Shown here one piece after another: positions 1 to 14,385 of a stretch of 64,000 nucleotides of DNA. The position numbers were made by a program, and so were the translations under genes. Numbering within the stretch: the first letter of the stretch is position 1; the number at the start of each line of letters is the position of its first letter. This DNA comes from Ruditapes philippinarum (lineage: Eukaryota), in NCBI RefSeq assembly GCF_026571515.1, contig NW_026865212.1, positions 62,001 through 126,000 of the forward strand, read 5' to 3'. The notes under the pieces are model-generated. The model was not told the origin of the DNA. It worked only from the letters and a program-made list of their open reading frames with translations, and made no database searches.

Positions 1-240
1 CTTGCACTTTCAAGAACCGTCCATGAACCGAGCCTGCAACATTTTCAATTTGTAATTTATACATTTGCATTTTTTTTGAATAATTTTTGGGTTCATTACA
101 TTGATATTTTTTGAAAAGGCAGTGTACAAAAAAAAAATTTAACCTCCTGACGTCAAAGGAAAAAATTATGTAATTAACATAACATGTATTGTTGTATAAA
201 AGAATAGTCCTGTTACATTTTAATAATTTTTCAATTTTTA

Positions 241-3200
241 GCACGTGAGCATTTGTAAAAGGGTGTTCTGGACCCCAATGAACACTTGCTTACCCTACAG
301 GGAAAACCATCTGAGTTACCCTTTTGATCAAAGCTTTTTAATGGAAATGGGAAAACAAAAGGCAGTTACAACTGCCTAGAATGGATGTCAGGGCATTTTC
401 GAAGGTTTTGGACAAATTTATCAAGGCCTTGAGAGATTTTACTTACGCATTGTTTCTCATTAAACGGCTAAATTGCAATAACTATTTTGCTTATCATTCT
501 TGTTTCCATTGCCCTTGCAGGATCTTAATAAGTACTTGTTACATATTTGGTATTGTCTTGAGACCGATATTTTAAAAGGTTTATAATAAATTTTTATCAT
601 GTATTGCTAGCAGGTGTTCTCTATAATTTGTTGTTCGGAAACATTATTCGGAATGAAGCAAAGACACATAAGTCCATATTTTGAATATGTAAATATAACG
701 AAACTCGTGGTTTTTTGTTACAGGCTTAGTAAGGATGCAGCTTTTTTGCCTTTTTATATTGATATTATTAAGAAATAAAATATTATGCAAATATATCTTT
801 TCAGGCAAATTCTTGCAAAGTATTGTTAGCATGTCAAAAGCTAAAAAAGTTCTTGAAATTGGTATGTTTACCGGATATGCTGCTTTGGCATGCGCAGAAG
901 TACTTCCGGAGGACGGCACCGTAACAACATTAGAATTTGATCCCTTTTTAGAGGATGTGGCAAAAGAATTCTTTTCAAAATCCCCACATGTAAAGAAAAT
1001 CAATATAAGAATTGGTAAGTTACAGTTAATAAAACCAAAATAAAAATTGTGAAATACGGATTTATTGGTAATTATTTCGACATAAGGTTTAGATCATATA
1101 AGATAAAATCTATTTAATTTCTTTTTTGAAATCATGATAACCTGGTTGACCAAGCTGACTATGATTATATTGTTTTCGGGCATCTCCCTGTCCGTCCAAA
1201 TTTGATCCAACCGTGTTGCTCTACCAAAACTTAATATTAGAAAATATGATGAATATTACAGTTATTACTTTATTTGTTTTTAGGAGAGATACAGCTGACA
1301 AAAAAATAAATCTTACTTGATCACATTAAAGAATTACCCTTTATTTTATGTTTCATTATAGGGACTTTGTTGCCGAGAAAGCACGTTTTCTCATTTCTAA
1401 TCCCGTATTTTTTCTTCCGAATTATGAACACGACAGTGATACGGTGAAACTCACCGTTTCGAAGCCATTCTTCCCGCACAGAAAATAACATAATCTCACA
1501 AAAATCTGAAAATTCTTTAACCTGGCTTGTTCCACTTGTCAGACTATTAACAGACTAAAGCAACTCGAGCGCGCAGTTTCTTGTTTAGTTTTGATGTTTT
1601 CATTGCATAACCTCCTGAAAAATCCATTTCTTCTTAATTTAGATAAGTTGTACATGTCTATAAACATATATTGTATGTTTTATGCAATAAAATCCTAAGA
1701 CTTTATGTTTGCTTCCGAAAGTTAAAGCTCATTAAGACACGCTTTCTCGCTTACCAGAAAAACCTTCTCGATCCCGACATTAACCATGTATTTTCTATTT
1801 TCAAGATGTTTTTTTCTACATGTTTGCTTCCAAAAGATCTGTCTTTTTCAAGATGATTTTTCTACATATAACATTGACTCAAACGTTTCAGGTGATGCCA
1901 AGGACACTTTGCTAAAGCTTGCTGAAGAACAGGCTCAATACGATATTGTCTTTATAGACGCTAATAAAGCCGGCTACGTTGATTATTTCAAGGTAATCTG
2001 AACTATATTTTGATTAATTGGCAAATTAACGATGCACCGATAGTAATAGAAAAAACACACCCTCCTCTGTGCTGGATTCGAGTTGCACTACGCCGACATA
2101 CACTAAAAGACTTTTTTGACGCAACACTTGTTCTTTTTAGTGTATTTTGGTTTTTAAAGAATGGTTATTGGTGAAATTAAGAGTATAGATATATGAACAC
2201 CTCATACATGTATTGTAAATAAATTATGGTAGTCAATGAATGAAAAGGTATAAAATTTAACAGAAATAAAACATGAGAAACAGATAATAAATCGCAAAAT
2301 TCACAACACACAACGATGTGAAATGATTGTTTTATGACAGCTCTTATCTCAGGATAAGTAAAACATAATATAAATCAATTATATCGAATATGTCCTCCTG
2401 AGCTTGTATAAAACCTAAATACACCTCTGTCTCATGGATATTACATAATTCCTCAGAAATCTCTGTGGAATGTTCCTCCATTCCTGCACCAGGTTCAGCT
2501 ATGGTAGGTTCCAGGGTTGTACCGTCCGCCTGCGCACACGCCTTTTCAACTCATCCCACAGGTGTTCAATAACATTCAAATCTGGAGACTTGGACGGCCA
2601 GGGTAGCTGCTGAATGTTTTGCTGTTGTAGTAGGTCCCGGGTGACATGTGCTGTGTGAGCCGGTGCACTGTCGTGCATAATTATCATACCCCGTCCACCA
2701 GCTAGAAGATGAGGAATAGTGACATGAATAAGAACGTCCTGTTGATATTTACAGCTGTCAGATTTACTCGAATGATGATCGAGTCGGTCTTGGTATGTAG
2801 GGACACACCAGCCCAAACCATTACGGAACCACCGCCATACCGGTCACTTTGAATGATGCAGGCGTCGTTCAACCGTTCCCGTTGCCTTCGGTAAACTCGA
2901 ACCCGACCGTCACTATGAACAAATTAAAGCGGCTTTCATCCGTTAAGAGGACTTTTGCCTACTCTGCATGCGTCATACGCTGATGCCGGCGAGCCCGCTG
3001 TACCCTCTGTTGACGATAAAGTGCAGTAAGGACAAGGCCACTTTATGGTCGTCTCGTTCAAATGTTCTGGTCGCGAATATGCCTGATAACGGTCTTGCTA
3101 CTAATGCGTCTGCGATGCGTAACAACAATTTCTGTTTATGCAGTCGATTCGGTGGTCTTAAATCGGTTTTGAAGATGAGTTACAATAATCTGGGCATCTT

Positions 3201-5452
3201 GTACAGGTGCTGTGACCCTTCCACGAGGCTTAGCCGCCGATCGTCCTCAACTTGGACGGTGCGTTGGTACTTCAACAGAAATCTGGCTATGAGAGACACA
3301 TTTATGGCAAAAACTCGCGCCACATGAAAATATACAAACAAGAGTGATATTTTTTTATCCAATTATAGGAAAGTACATATTATGAGCAAATTATTTGTCT
3401 TATCACAAATATCATAAATAAAACATTGTTAACTTGGAACTATTAGTATTTAAAAATTTAATATAAGACAAACTTACCTGTTTCGCTGAATGATCTGCTT
3501 GAAGCATGACGATTGCGCGTGTGTGCTATTGTAATTAAATGCGAATCATTTTACGTTTTACAGGATGTCTATGATTTTTTCAATTATGCCTACTCAATAC
3601 TATAATTATATTGAAATAAAATCGAAAATGTTTGCCAAAATCGATTCCCTCGTGCAAAAAGTTGATTTTAAACCTACAGAACGTGCGAAACCGATTATCC
3701 GTCCTGGATGAATGATTTCGTTGAAAGTATTTGCAAAAAGTAGTAAAACCGGTTCTGGTAAAATATAAGTAATATATTATCAATAATTAATAAGTCAATA
3801 GTATAATTGAACTGTTTTTGTGAATAACGAATTTAAAAAGTGTTGCGTTAGAAAAGTCTTTCAGTGTATGGCACTGCATCTAATTGAACGGTTTACATGT
3901 TAGCATAACTTGTTTTCGGGTCATGACATGCATCGCAAACTGAAGTTTTTCACATGTTTGTGTTTTCATTAGTTTATGGCTATCTGTAAAGAAAATTGGT
4001 CATTATTTTTGCCATTCATTTAGAGTTTTCGAGAATGTATGTCTATATTTTTGAATATATTATATGGAGAGAAATATTTTTCTGTACGCAACATCTACAT
4101 TTCCTTTGGGATATTTACTCAAATTTCAGGGAATGACTGTAACCAAATGCCATGGCGCATACTTAGTTATTACTGCCTATTTTAGAATAGCTTACTATGC
4201 AGTTAGATTATCTAACTATACAATTCAAAAATCCACACTAAGCAATGTGTTTTCTCTATTTGTATATCTGTACTATTATTTTTTGAATTTTGACAAAGTT
4301 TGTTTGTGCGCTACATCTTGTTGTTTGATAATAATTATGTTTGTCAAGGGATTTATAAAAGATTTGTGATGATTTATATCTAAATTGATCCGCCCGGTTT
4401 ACACATTTCCTCAATGGTGTCCATTTCTAGCCAGTTCAGTACTTGTTCGTTTGGATTACTTATTCTTTAAATTATCTGAATAGTTGTAAATATAGTTAAA
4501 CAATGTTTCATCTAAAAAGTTTTCTTTAAACGATATATCACAAGTTATAAATTTCACTGAGTATGTTCAAAGCTAGTTTTGTTTTGTTTCCAACAAATCG
4601 AGTCTGCAATTTTATTTCAATTTTTGTTGTGAATTATACGTTTGAATAATGCTTCTAGGGACATTTGTCAGGATTTCTGTATAAAAGATATTATGTAGTT
4701 AGATAGAAATGAATATATAATATTTATGCAATGCTTTTTTGTACATGCATATGTCTTTTTATTCTTTTATTTATTATGATATTGTTTTAGTTGTTTGTAA
4801 CATTGTAAAAAAATGAATTGTGCGTCTTCATTTTTCTTTCCTCTTCCACATGGAGAGTAGACTGTGATGCGCAAAGATCTTCTTGCTAAAGGGGGAACGA
4901 TAGTGTTTGACAATTCCCTCATGGCTGGCCATGCTTATAACCCTGAATCAACCAATAAAATCGGACTTGAAATAAGAAAGTGCAATGAATATTTGAAATC
5001 CAGGGACGATATATTCCGAGTAAGTAAAACAGTCAATTTGGTTTATACAAAATTTATTTTAGTTTGATTATGTAGGAAGCTTGTAGCTTATAGGCACATT
5101 ATCAAATCCGTGTGTGAAACCAACTAGTACTGAGCAACGACTGTAAAGTTTCTTGCGCTGCTATTTGACAGTAGATGGCATCCTTTATTCTCCAGTTAAC
5201 CTTTACTGACTTGGATATGTTTAAAGCCTTTGGAATCGAAGAAACCAGTCATACCGAGCCTACAACATTATTGTGTCAACTTGCTTGACATTTTTCTCTA
5301 TTTTAAAATTTCCTAAAGTAATGATGTATCTTGATATATTTAACTTGTTCTTTCAAGGATACACTATCCCTTGTATTATATATTTCCAGGTACTTGTGCC
5401 AATCAGAGATGGTGTTATGATCGTGAGACGAAAAACAGATGTGTTTTTGTAA
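241..5452 (+). CDS. O-methyltransferase copy 1 (OMT1), Methyltransf_3 / CCoAOMT-MdmC family, MysB-like; 5'-partial, spliced
   Basis: Clean GT-AG exons 805-1014, 1892-1992, 4861-5019 and 5390-5452 (TAA) join in frame, giving [37 protein letters not shown]...[10 protein letters not shown]...IVFDN...VLVPIRDG. These contain the SAM-binding motif and the DAxK and DN metal-binding motifs. An indel-riddled equivalent of the preceding exon lies at ~241-404, and the first coding exon is outside the window. AATAAA at 5543-5548. Confidence 0.88.
2101..3866 (-). mobile_element. Tc1/mariner DNA transposon with frameshifted DD34E-type transposase, in an intron of OMT1
   Basis: 29-bp TIRs (CACTAAAAGACTTTTTTGACGCAACACTT versus the reverse complement at 3838-3866, 3 mismatches). 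TA duplications at 2099-2100 and 3867-3868. Minus-strand ORF 2499-2816 has HDSAPAH...[22 protein letters not shown]. Confidence 0.93.
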
Positions 5453-5712
5453 CGCTCGTTCAGTTATAAGAAACAAGAGAATACCGTTGTCACATAAAAT
5501 GACAACCGTATACTAGTAAACTAGTTGTATAAAACGTTGCCCAATAAATATTTACATAATTACAAAGACGATTTTGTTATTTTTTACATTTTGGTTAAGA
5601 CATTTTGTCCTATTCTTTTTTTTCTGAATAAGTAATATGTAGTAATATGCAATTGAAGTATGAAAAATAAAAATTAAATTAGATTTATTATGTATAACGT
5701 TATATACTTTAA

Positions 5713-6051
5713 AGTTGCACGCCTCCAGATGAGCAAAAATATGTCGATAAAATCAAACCTGTGAAAAATGTAGTACTAAGATTTTAGGAAAGGAATAAAG
5801 ATTTAAAATTCTAGTAAAAATTGACATGTTTTATGCGATTAATGACCGAATTTTTTAGTATTTATATCTATATTTCTACTGCGTTACTAACGCAGTAAGG
5901 GCTATTTTTGCATATTTTGACCTCTTTATAGTAACTTACATAGGTTGTAAGTGGCATTGATAATGTGTAAATTGCATTCTTTTGGTAACTTTACAATATT
6001 ATACTGTTAAAAGTTTCATGAAAATCAGCATGAATCTGGAGGTGTGCTGCT
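5713..6051. mobile_element. MITE with TTAA target duplication (Kolobok-like)
   Basis: 18-bp TIR AGTTGCACGCCTCCAGAT / ATCTGGAGGTGTGCTGCT, flanked by TTAA on both sides, AG...CT termini. Confidence 0.75.
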
Positions 6052-6587
6052 TTAAACTATCAAAAAGGTCTGTGCAAAGATTTTATGCTTAAAGGAAGAT
6101 TGGAGGTTGCATCTTAAATGCTGGATTCAATACAAAAGTTCTGGTCCTTGTGCACGTCAATCTTAGAATAAGACAACGTGTCTACAGGGACTAAAGTGGA
6201 AAAAAAGACATTAAACATTTTTTTTTATAATTTTCCTATTTTAACGTTTCATATCCTTTAGATAATTATACAATGTTCAGTTAGAAATACTTGAACCACC
6301 AAAGTTGAAAAAGGTCAAATATTATAAACTGAAATACCACAAACATGTATACATAACAATAATGGCGTGCTGAACGATTTTCAAAATGCTACCCTATATG
6401 GGAATCAATTATTAGTTATTAGTTATTTAAGTCAGAACTTCAAAATTCAATAAAGGTGAGTGAACATTTCATATATAAATTTTCTTGTAAATCATTTTGA
6501 TTTATAACGTGAAAAAACAATTTATCATAATATTGCTTCCATTTCAAGTCGAGCATTTAACTAAAACATTCAGGTAAAATGGATGAA

Positions 6588-7090
6588 CCCTCGGAAGCAA
6601 TGAAAAATAAAATTACATGAAAACTGAAGACTAGGTTTGATTGAGTCTGTACATTTGGGATAATGGAAGTGTGCAACATACATGCTAAAATCACGCATTC
6701 TGACGACAACGCTTAGCCAGAAAAACCTCAAATCAGCATCAGCGACCAATTTCAAAAATCAATTCAAGATTTAAAAAAAAGCATAACTGTCCACAATGAT
6801 AAACGCTATGAAAAAAGCATATCAGCATATTTCTCATATGATAACTGATACATCGAAAACAATATGTATACCTTAGACACTCTTTGTTCCACGTTCTATT
6901 TATCATGCCAGGAGAGTGTTATTAATAGATATAACTGTTTGAACGGGATTGATCCCTCGGAAGCAATGAAAACAAAGTGATATGAAAATTGCAGACTTGG
7001 TTTGATTTGGTCTGTTTATGAGAGATAATTTTTGAAAGTGCAACGTCTCTCACAGCTCCTAGCACCGTCGTAAGGGGTATTCAATATTCA
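6588..7090. repeat. Dispersed repeat family R (two adjacent relic copies)
   Basis: Motif CC[CT]TCGGAAGCA...GACT[ACT]GGTTTGATT at 6588 and 6951. Related copies at 1-52, 9390-9530, 14386-14790, 18658-18780, 24396-24535, 25075-25250 and 29405-29500. Confidence 0.65.
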
Positions 7091-7626
7091 ACACTACCTT
7101 GCTGGAATAAATGATCCTGAAGGCCCGGGAAAATATTACAACACAGAAGTTAAATAAGGGGAAGATGTTTACGGCTTTCACATGAAACTTGACACCTGCT
7201 GTTTTTAACTAAACAAATATTGAAAGGAAGCAAGGATATGACGTACCATATGGTAAGTTATGACGTACAAGTAAACTTGTCTTTTTGTAATGATAACAGT
7301 CCCTGTAACATGCATATTTAAAGACCAGGTTTGTAATTTTATTTCAAAATTCATCGTCCAGTTAGTTTAATAGGTAGAGCGTTGGGCGAATAGTTTCCTT
7401 GCAAAGCTGCTTGAAGAAGTGAATGAAATGTTCTCTTGTAAATTCAGTGTGGCTTTCTGTCGTGATCCTGAGCTGAGTGATAACAGCCAACACCACCATT
7501 ATTTTATTTCACATGACTTGATTTTCAAACGGTAATATCTGACTAAAACGTTTGGTTTGATGGACAATAAAGTCCAAACTAATCGATCTAATCCTGTATG
7601 GAATTCTTAACATCAGTATAAATAGT

Positions 7627-7661
7627 CATCATCATCATCATCATCAACATCATCATCATCA
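7627..7661. repeat. (CAT)n microsatellite
   Basis: About 11 CAT units with one interruption. Confidence 0.9.
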
Positions 7662-7939
7662 CAATTGTTTACAACTTCGCCCAAATGACATTGCTGAGTT
7701 CCCGTTATTAGAAATATATTTGAGCAGTTTTAATACATAAAACAAATACATGCAAGGAGAAAATTAGAAAAAAATTTAATACGGAGTTATTACTATCTTG
7801 TCGTGCAATCATTTGAATTGTTTAATAATTATATTTCAAACTAAATTGAACTATCTCTAATACTGTTGGAGTTATTCGCTAGATAAGAAAATATAGAATA
7901 TGTTAAGCTCTGGCCTCTTTCTGGTTTGCGCATGACAGG

Positions 7940-8615
7940 TTAATATTTTTGTAAAGCTATTACAAAATCACTTGATGGATGAAAAGGTTATGGACCGTAC
8001 GCGAAATATTCCTTCTATGAAACAATGCTTATCTTTGGTCTTGACCTTGCAGATATTGATCTGGGTGTTGCACATGACACAATGTTTTAATATAGTGAAT
8101 ATTGTCTTATTAAATCAAGTAATAGAAAAATAGGTTATGACCCTGACACGACAAGCACACACCACCAAACAATTTTGGGATTTGATCTCCAAGTTCGACA
8201 CTGACCTTTGGCCTCTGAATGTTGCGCTTGAAACGTCGTCATAATAAGGTGAACATTTGTGCCTTGCAGTTTCAAAATATCTTGATGGATAAAAAGTTAT
8301 GGACCGGGTCCGAAATATACCCCTCATCAGAAAACATTTACCTTTGATGACTTCGTGTGACCGTGTCCCTTGGAGGTACCACTTTGGGTGTTTCGCGGTA
8401 CATGTCGTCTGATTATGATATGCAGTGGTGCAAAGTTATTTCAAAATCCCTTGATGAAGTTATATGGGATGCTTTCATTGAATACCACTCTTTCCATGTT
8501 AATCTTATTTTTCGTATTTTATGACTCGAACCCGAAGTAAGAAGATCGGAAGGACAGAAAGATGGACAGGCATTGGGACGAAAGGCAACGCATACACCGG
8601 GTAGGCGAAATAACC
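7940..8615. mobile_element. Decayed Helentron/HINE-like non-autonomous element
   Basis: Repeated GATGGAT-AAAAGTTATGGACCG...GAAATAT units (7975, 8284), TGACCTT motifs and a GGAC-type microsatellite near 8550-8570. Confidence 0.5.
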
Positions 8616-9389
8616 TTCCGAATGACAGGTATCAAGACCGTGCCGATACTAAACAATCAATTTTATGTTGAATAGTATCATTTATTTTACAGCTTGATTT
8701 CGGATTAAAACTTGTACAAACCTATCGTGTTTCGTAATTAAATGTCCTTAAATTACTTTTAATGTACATGTATATTCAAGTTTTGTTTAACTCGGATTCG
8801 TTTATCATAAATTAAATTCAAAATGTGTTTACGTTTTAAATTTAGTTCATGCCTGATTACATGTTAACATCTGTCGTTGAATTCATTGCTTACATGTATT
8901 CTCATATAAAGTGAAATTTGTTAATGCTGAACATGTTTAAATATTCTCAATGCATCCGTTTATTTCATTAAATATTTCTCATATGTTTGTTTCTTTAATT
9001 TATTGTTCTTGATCCATATCTTATAATACGAATGGAGAGTGTGTAACTTCCAACACATTCGAACTAAAATAAATTCGTGATAACAAACATATTTTAGTTA
9101 CTTTACTTTCTTAATACTAGTTTATCTTATTTTCAAATGAATTCCTGTGTTATAAAACAAATTATAAATAACACGTATGTATTATGATATTATATTAAAT
9201 ATTACGATTTCACAGTGAATTTTCCGTAATTCACAATAAGTGACAAGACTTAAATGTTATCACAGGAACTTATTTTACCCAAACTAAAATTACAGCATAA
9301 TAACTACCACATTCCCATCATGGCCGTCGTATGAACACATCTGCGGATTTTTCTAAATTAAAAATTACACAATTTTCATGTTTGAATGT

Positions 9390-9530
9390 TGAATTCTGCT
9401 TAAGCCGGTGCTAAGGGGCATGGGCGGTAACTTGCATTTTTCAGTACCGTCCATGAACAGACTCAATTAAACCGAGCCTGGAACATTTTCAGTTTTGGAC
9501 GTTCTTTAGAGATTCCGTTTTTTCTCTATT
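9390..9530. repeat. Dispersed repeat family R copy
   Basis: TGCTTAAGCCGGTGCTAAGGGGC...ACCGTCCATGAAC...ACCGAGCCTG matches 1-52 and 29405-29500, and is the reverse complement of 25075-25230. Confidence 0.65.
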
Positions 9531-12409
9531 AAATTGCATTTGAAAATTTCAAATTTGTTTTACCTTGATATGCAGCTATTCTGGCTAGGTAAAAATTTCA
9601 GTTAAAACAACTGGAAAATACCTATGAATCGCAAAATAGTTTTTTTCAGTTGCTTTTAAATTTTTGATATTAAAACTGTTAAACTAAAAAAAAATTTTTT
9701 TTGCATATTTGCCGATGAGCATAATGCCATTTAAATACACGCTCTAGCAAACAATATTAATTGATTTATGTAAACCCTATATTAAGCAAGGCTTACATCT
9801 CCTTCCAAGTGTGGAAAATTAATTAAATTCAAGCCAAAATCCTCCCTTTGATCGTAAAGTTTTGTTTGTAAGAAAAACATTTATATTCAAACTGATGAAT
9901 CCGACCCAACTTAGAAGTTTATTTCAATTAACTAGGATATGTACATTTCAACAAATACTTGATCAAAATATGAAATATAGATATTTAAGATGTCATCTTA
10001 TTAAGGACTTTTCAAAAACATGTTGTTGAGTAACAAGTGAAAGGCTCATCAAAAGCAACATTTTTAATAATATAAAAACACATTTGCGACAAGGGGTGTA
10101 CAATAAATACCAAAAGGTAATCCATCTTGCTTCCAAACCTGACATATATACACCAAACAGAAATGAGTAAGGTCACATTAAATAAAGTATAGCTTTTGAC
10201 AGTACGGAAGCCCTTTTAGAGTTTCAGTCTAAATTGTAAATTGTCTTCTTGCAAAAGATTTCTGAATTAATGATAAATTATCAACTTATTTGGCAAGGTT
10301 ATATTTAATGTAGAAGTTCTAGTAAAAGAGGAAGCTTTGAAATTTTTGATATTTGTCTTATTTTCCCCGGACTTTGTTTTTTACTGATTAGAAAAGATGT
10401 TTCCGAGTTTGTATAATTCATAAATATCCCAAAGTACTTGTAGCATGTTTCTTTATCGCAGTCAGATGGACATAAATAATATTGGGAGATTCGAATGTGT
10501 ATAAGAAGTAACATTAGCAATAAATAATAATAAATCGCTTTCATTTGCATTACATGCCGATTTTGATGAAATCTTTCAAAGCTAGCCCACCGTGCATATT
10601 CAGGAACGCTGAGTGTGCAAATAACGTTAAAGTAACGCCGAATCTGTGTAGAAATTTTGACAAAAACGAGTTACACAGTTGCACAATTCTGCATTACTTT
10701 TGCACAATTCCTGTCTAATTTGCATATTCCTGCGTTACTGGATATACACGGTGTAGCCTGTGTCTTTATAAAACTTATCAAGGCATCAGTAAGTATAAAA
10801 TACTTTAAGTACATAGTTTCTCTTGTATGGTTTCACAGAGCACAACACAGTACATGTCATTTGGCCCGTAGTAGAGGAAGATCTCAGGTGCCCTTCCGTG
10901 CATTATTGCAGGCACGAAAGGACGCCTAACAGAATTTTGACATATTTACTGCATTAAATAAGCATTCAAATAATGGTAAATATTTACCTTGTATATTCTT
11001 GCGTTTTGTCTTTTGAATATTTTCACCCCAAAGAGAACACTGAGTATAATCTCCAATCTACATCATCAAAGATACATTGTAGAGCAATCTCCAATCTAAA
11101 TGTTTAAATATTTATATATATTATGTATCAAAAAAGCTTTAACTGTGATATACAGATCATTTCTTTTTATTTATTTCGCGTCATACTATTCTTAGGGTGG
11201 TATAATTGCAATCTGACAACTGACGCAGATCTTGGTATGTTTAATGTACTTCGTCTGAGCATCACGTATTCACTGTCAAAACTGTCAAAATTTGTTATGG
11301 TATGTCCATCTTTCTGTCATTTAAAGCATACTTTAATATGAAAATAAAAAATAATGTTGAATAGTGGCATAGTGGTATTCAATGAACGCGTCCCTAAAAA
11401 CCGCTGGTTTCTTAAGATCTTTGTGCATTACACGCGCTTTGATTTTTCAGAAAGTCATGAATTGGTTCAACGGCTGTTTTAAATAATAACAAAATAGATA
11501 AATACGATCTTCTGCCTGACAGTTTGTAAGCTTGCCATGAATGCGTTGTTTCTCTCTTTAAACTGAGATGACTTCTAGTTCCATTAGAACTAGAGTTTTC
11601 ACTATGAATCCATCATCTACAAATAAAGGAATATTTTGTACTCTTACGATCGTAGTATTTTTACAGTGAGGTCTTATCGGTCATCAGTATCGGTAATATT
11701 TCACAATTATGATCACTGTTTCGGAAAACAATAAAGCTCTATCTATTAGGTTATTCAAATAAGTTCTTAACATACCATTGACCCGTTGAGGACCTGGTAT
11801 GTGCGTAACCCTTGAAAAACTTATAAATTTCTTCATGCATCAGCCACTAAGGAGCTCCAAAAATGATCTCTGTGGAAAGCGGGACGCCATTTTGTTTGGG
11901 TATTGAAAAATTGTTTCCAACTTCAAAGTCTGTTTTTTTCTTCATTTTTGGTGTTATTAAACCTCTAATTTTATATCACAATAAAAAAAACTTTTATTAT
12001 GTTACATATTATAGAGACAAAAAGCATTAACTTATTTTGCCATTAGATTATCATTTAATGTATAAATACACACTACCTTAGCTCTTGTCGCTCCCCTTGT
12101 AGCTTAGAAGCTGCCTTTAAGGGTTTAGGTATCAGAATTGCAGCCATCGTTTATCTCTTCGAGTTTCTAGGCGACTTAATGGATTTACTGGCGTCTATGC
12201 ATATCTTTGCTTCAGTAGAAGTAGTGTGTTGACCCCTGTCTGTGCGTTTAAAATTTTAACTTGAAGTTAGCCAAAAAAAATCTTTCATTTTACGGCGCCA
12301 TATGACCTAAACTGTGTTGGTGCGCGGTAAAAACAAGCAAACAAACACAGCTCATGTTGCCTACATTCTCCCATTACAAAATTAACGTTATCTACATTTC
12401 ACAATTACC

Positions 12410-12776
12410 GCATACATTATAAGGATCTTACACCGGCAGCTGGTAAAGACCGAACGGCGGTCGTGTTTCCACTAAACAGTTATCCGAGAGCTAGATATTC
12501 CGGTACTTAACGGCAGCCGGTGTAAGATACTTTTTCTTGCATATAACATATTTTTCTTTTAAAAAATTACAAAAACTAATATTTTCATTTAGCACTATTT
12601 TTTATAGTAGCTTATGATTCCAACGGTAACATGACGTCATTCTAAAAACGCAATTCATTCATAAAAACTGCATGGGAATGACGTCATTTAAAACACGCGA
12701 CTTGTCTTAGATGGGCGGTGTAAGACAGGTTTTTCGGTAAAAACAGAAGGTAATCCTGTCTGATATGCAAGAAAAT
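12410..12776. mobile_element. Hairpin-containing non-autonomous element (Crypton-like architecture)
   Basis: Inverted pair TCTTACACCGGC / GCCGGTGTAAGA, plus a second pair TTTTCTTGCATAT / ATATGCAAGAAAA. Confidence 0.5.
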
Positions 12777-13341
12777 ATATGTATAAATATGTAATATTCT
12801 ATAACGAAAAGCCTATTTTTAGCACAAGAGAAGTTACTACTTTCAAGCAATGAAAGGAGAGCCCATTTAACAAGAAAATATGTTAAATATATAAATTACA
12901 TTCATACCAGTCACTCATCCATCATAAAACTTGCCCAACCAGTTAAGAAGATAACACTGTGTATTTTGAAAATAAACATAAATTTCATCACGTCTTGTTT
13001 CAGCATTTCTTAATTGTATTTAATTGTGCGCGGATTGAAACATCTGACTGGTAAGTTTTCAGCTTTAAAAATAAATAGGACTATAAAATAAACTGTTATG
13101 ATAGCACCAGGCATGGGTCGCGGTTTAATTCTTGAGTACTCCTTGAGTATTTTGTATTTGGACTTATGAGTTTTGCGTACTGAATTTGTTGAAGTACTTG
13201 AATAGTACTAAAGTACTTGTGAGTATTTATGTATAAGTACTGGGATAATTTATCAGATACAGCTCAAATTTATACTACTACTACCACGTATAATAATAAT
13301 AATAATATATTGGAAGTAGACAACTCCCGGTTTTAGTTCGC

Positions 13342-13533
13342 TGCCTTCTTGGTACCCTGTCGTGTTGGCTGTTGGTGTGTCGGGGGTCGCGTCCTGTGAA
13401 CGTTGCCTTCTTGGTACCCTGCCGTGTTGGATGTGGGTGTGTCGGGGATTGTGCCCTGTGAACGTTGCCTTCTTAGTGCCCTGCCGTGTTGGCTGTGGGT
13501 ATGTCGGGGACTGCGTCTTGTGAACGTTGCCTT
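13342..13533. repeat. GC-rich 62-bp tandem repeat, 3 copies
   Basis: TGCCTT...GTGAACGT units start at 13342, 13404 and 13466, with a partial unit at 13528. Confidence 0.9.
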
Positions 13534-14385
13534 TACCTTGTTGATCTTTGTTCTCGTCTTCTTCGCTGCTGCCTACAATTATGTGTGGGCAGTGACCACA
13601 TTTCGCTTGTACCTTCGAAAGCAATCCCTTCAATGATCAACATGTTTTAACACAAACAATTTTCTTGAAGCAAATACACAATTCATACTGACAGAACCAT
13701 GAACTCACTAATTTGAACATTCAATTCAATAAATAGTCTGATCATTGACGTCAGAGAGTAATCGATAGATCCTTACTCTGACCTTTTACTTGAATAACAA
13801 TAGATATTTAATCACAAATGTTATCATGTGCTCTTTTGTTAATAAATAGTTTGTTGTAAAATTCTTACTGTAGCCACTGATCTGATAAATAGAATTAAGC
13901 AGGTCAGCGATCTATGCATTGGTAATTTGTGGCTGTTATAGGTAAAAGTGATAAACGAATTTGGATAGATTACAATGGATAAACATTTTCATACAATAGT
14001 AAGTTAAGATGAGCGATTTTCAATATCAATATAAAATACAGTTTACAGATATTTAATAGAATACAATAGAATACGTGTAGACAATACGTAGCACAATAAG
14101 ATTAAAAGTCGATTCCGACATGTACAAATGCCTCCGAAGAAGGAAAAAAATATCATAAAAAAGGAAAAATATTTTAAGGTTATCAAACAGATAAAAGTGA
14201 TAAAACATCTAGTTTGAGTGGAAAGGCTAAAGTTAAAAAGATACATATTTCGTTTTTTTTCTCTAGAACAATTAACTTATAAACAAGAAAAACGTTTTTT
14301 GGAAAACTTGATGCAATAAGGACAATTATGTAGCTTTAACGTTTGATTCTATGGCTGTAAGGATCAGGAGATATGGAAAAAGGTA

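Noticed and set aside
644-1003. Minus-strand ORF repeated at 17990-18343
   Set aside because: Antisense shadow of the conserved OMT exon.
10790-10980. Possible promoter and first exon of OMT2 (TATAAAA at ~10794, ATG|GTAAAT at ~10973)
   Set aside because: The ATG would be out of frame with the next exon and there is no paralogue in the window to compare. At most an unsupported UTR exon.
13253-13636. Overlapping ORFs of 126 and 77 aa
   Set aside because: Produced by a GC-rich 62-bp repeat whose period breaks the frame, with no recognisable domain.
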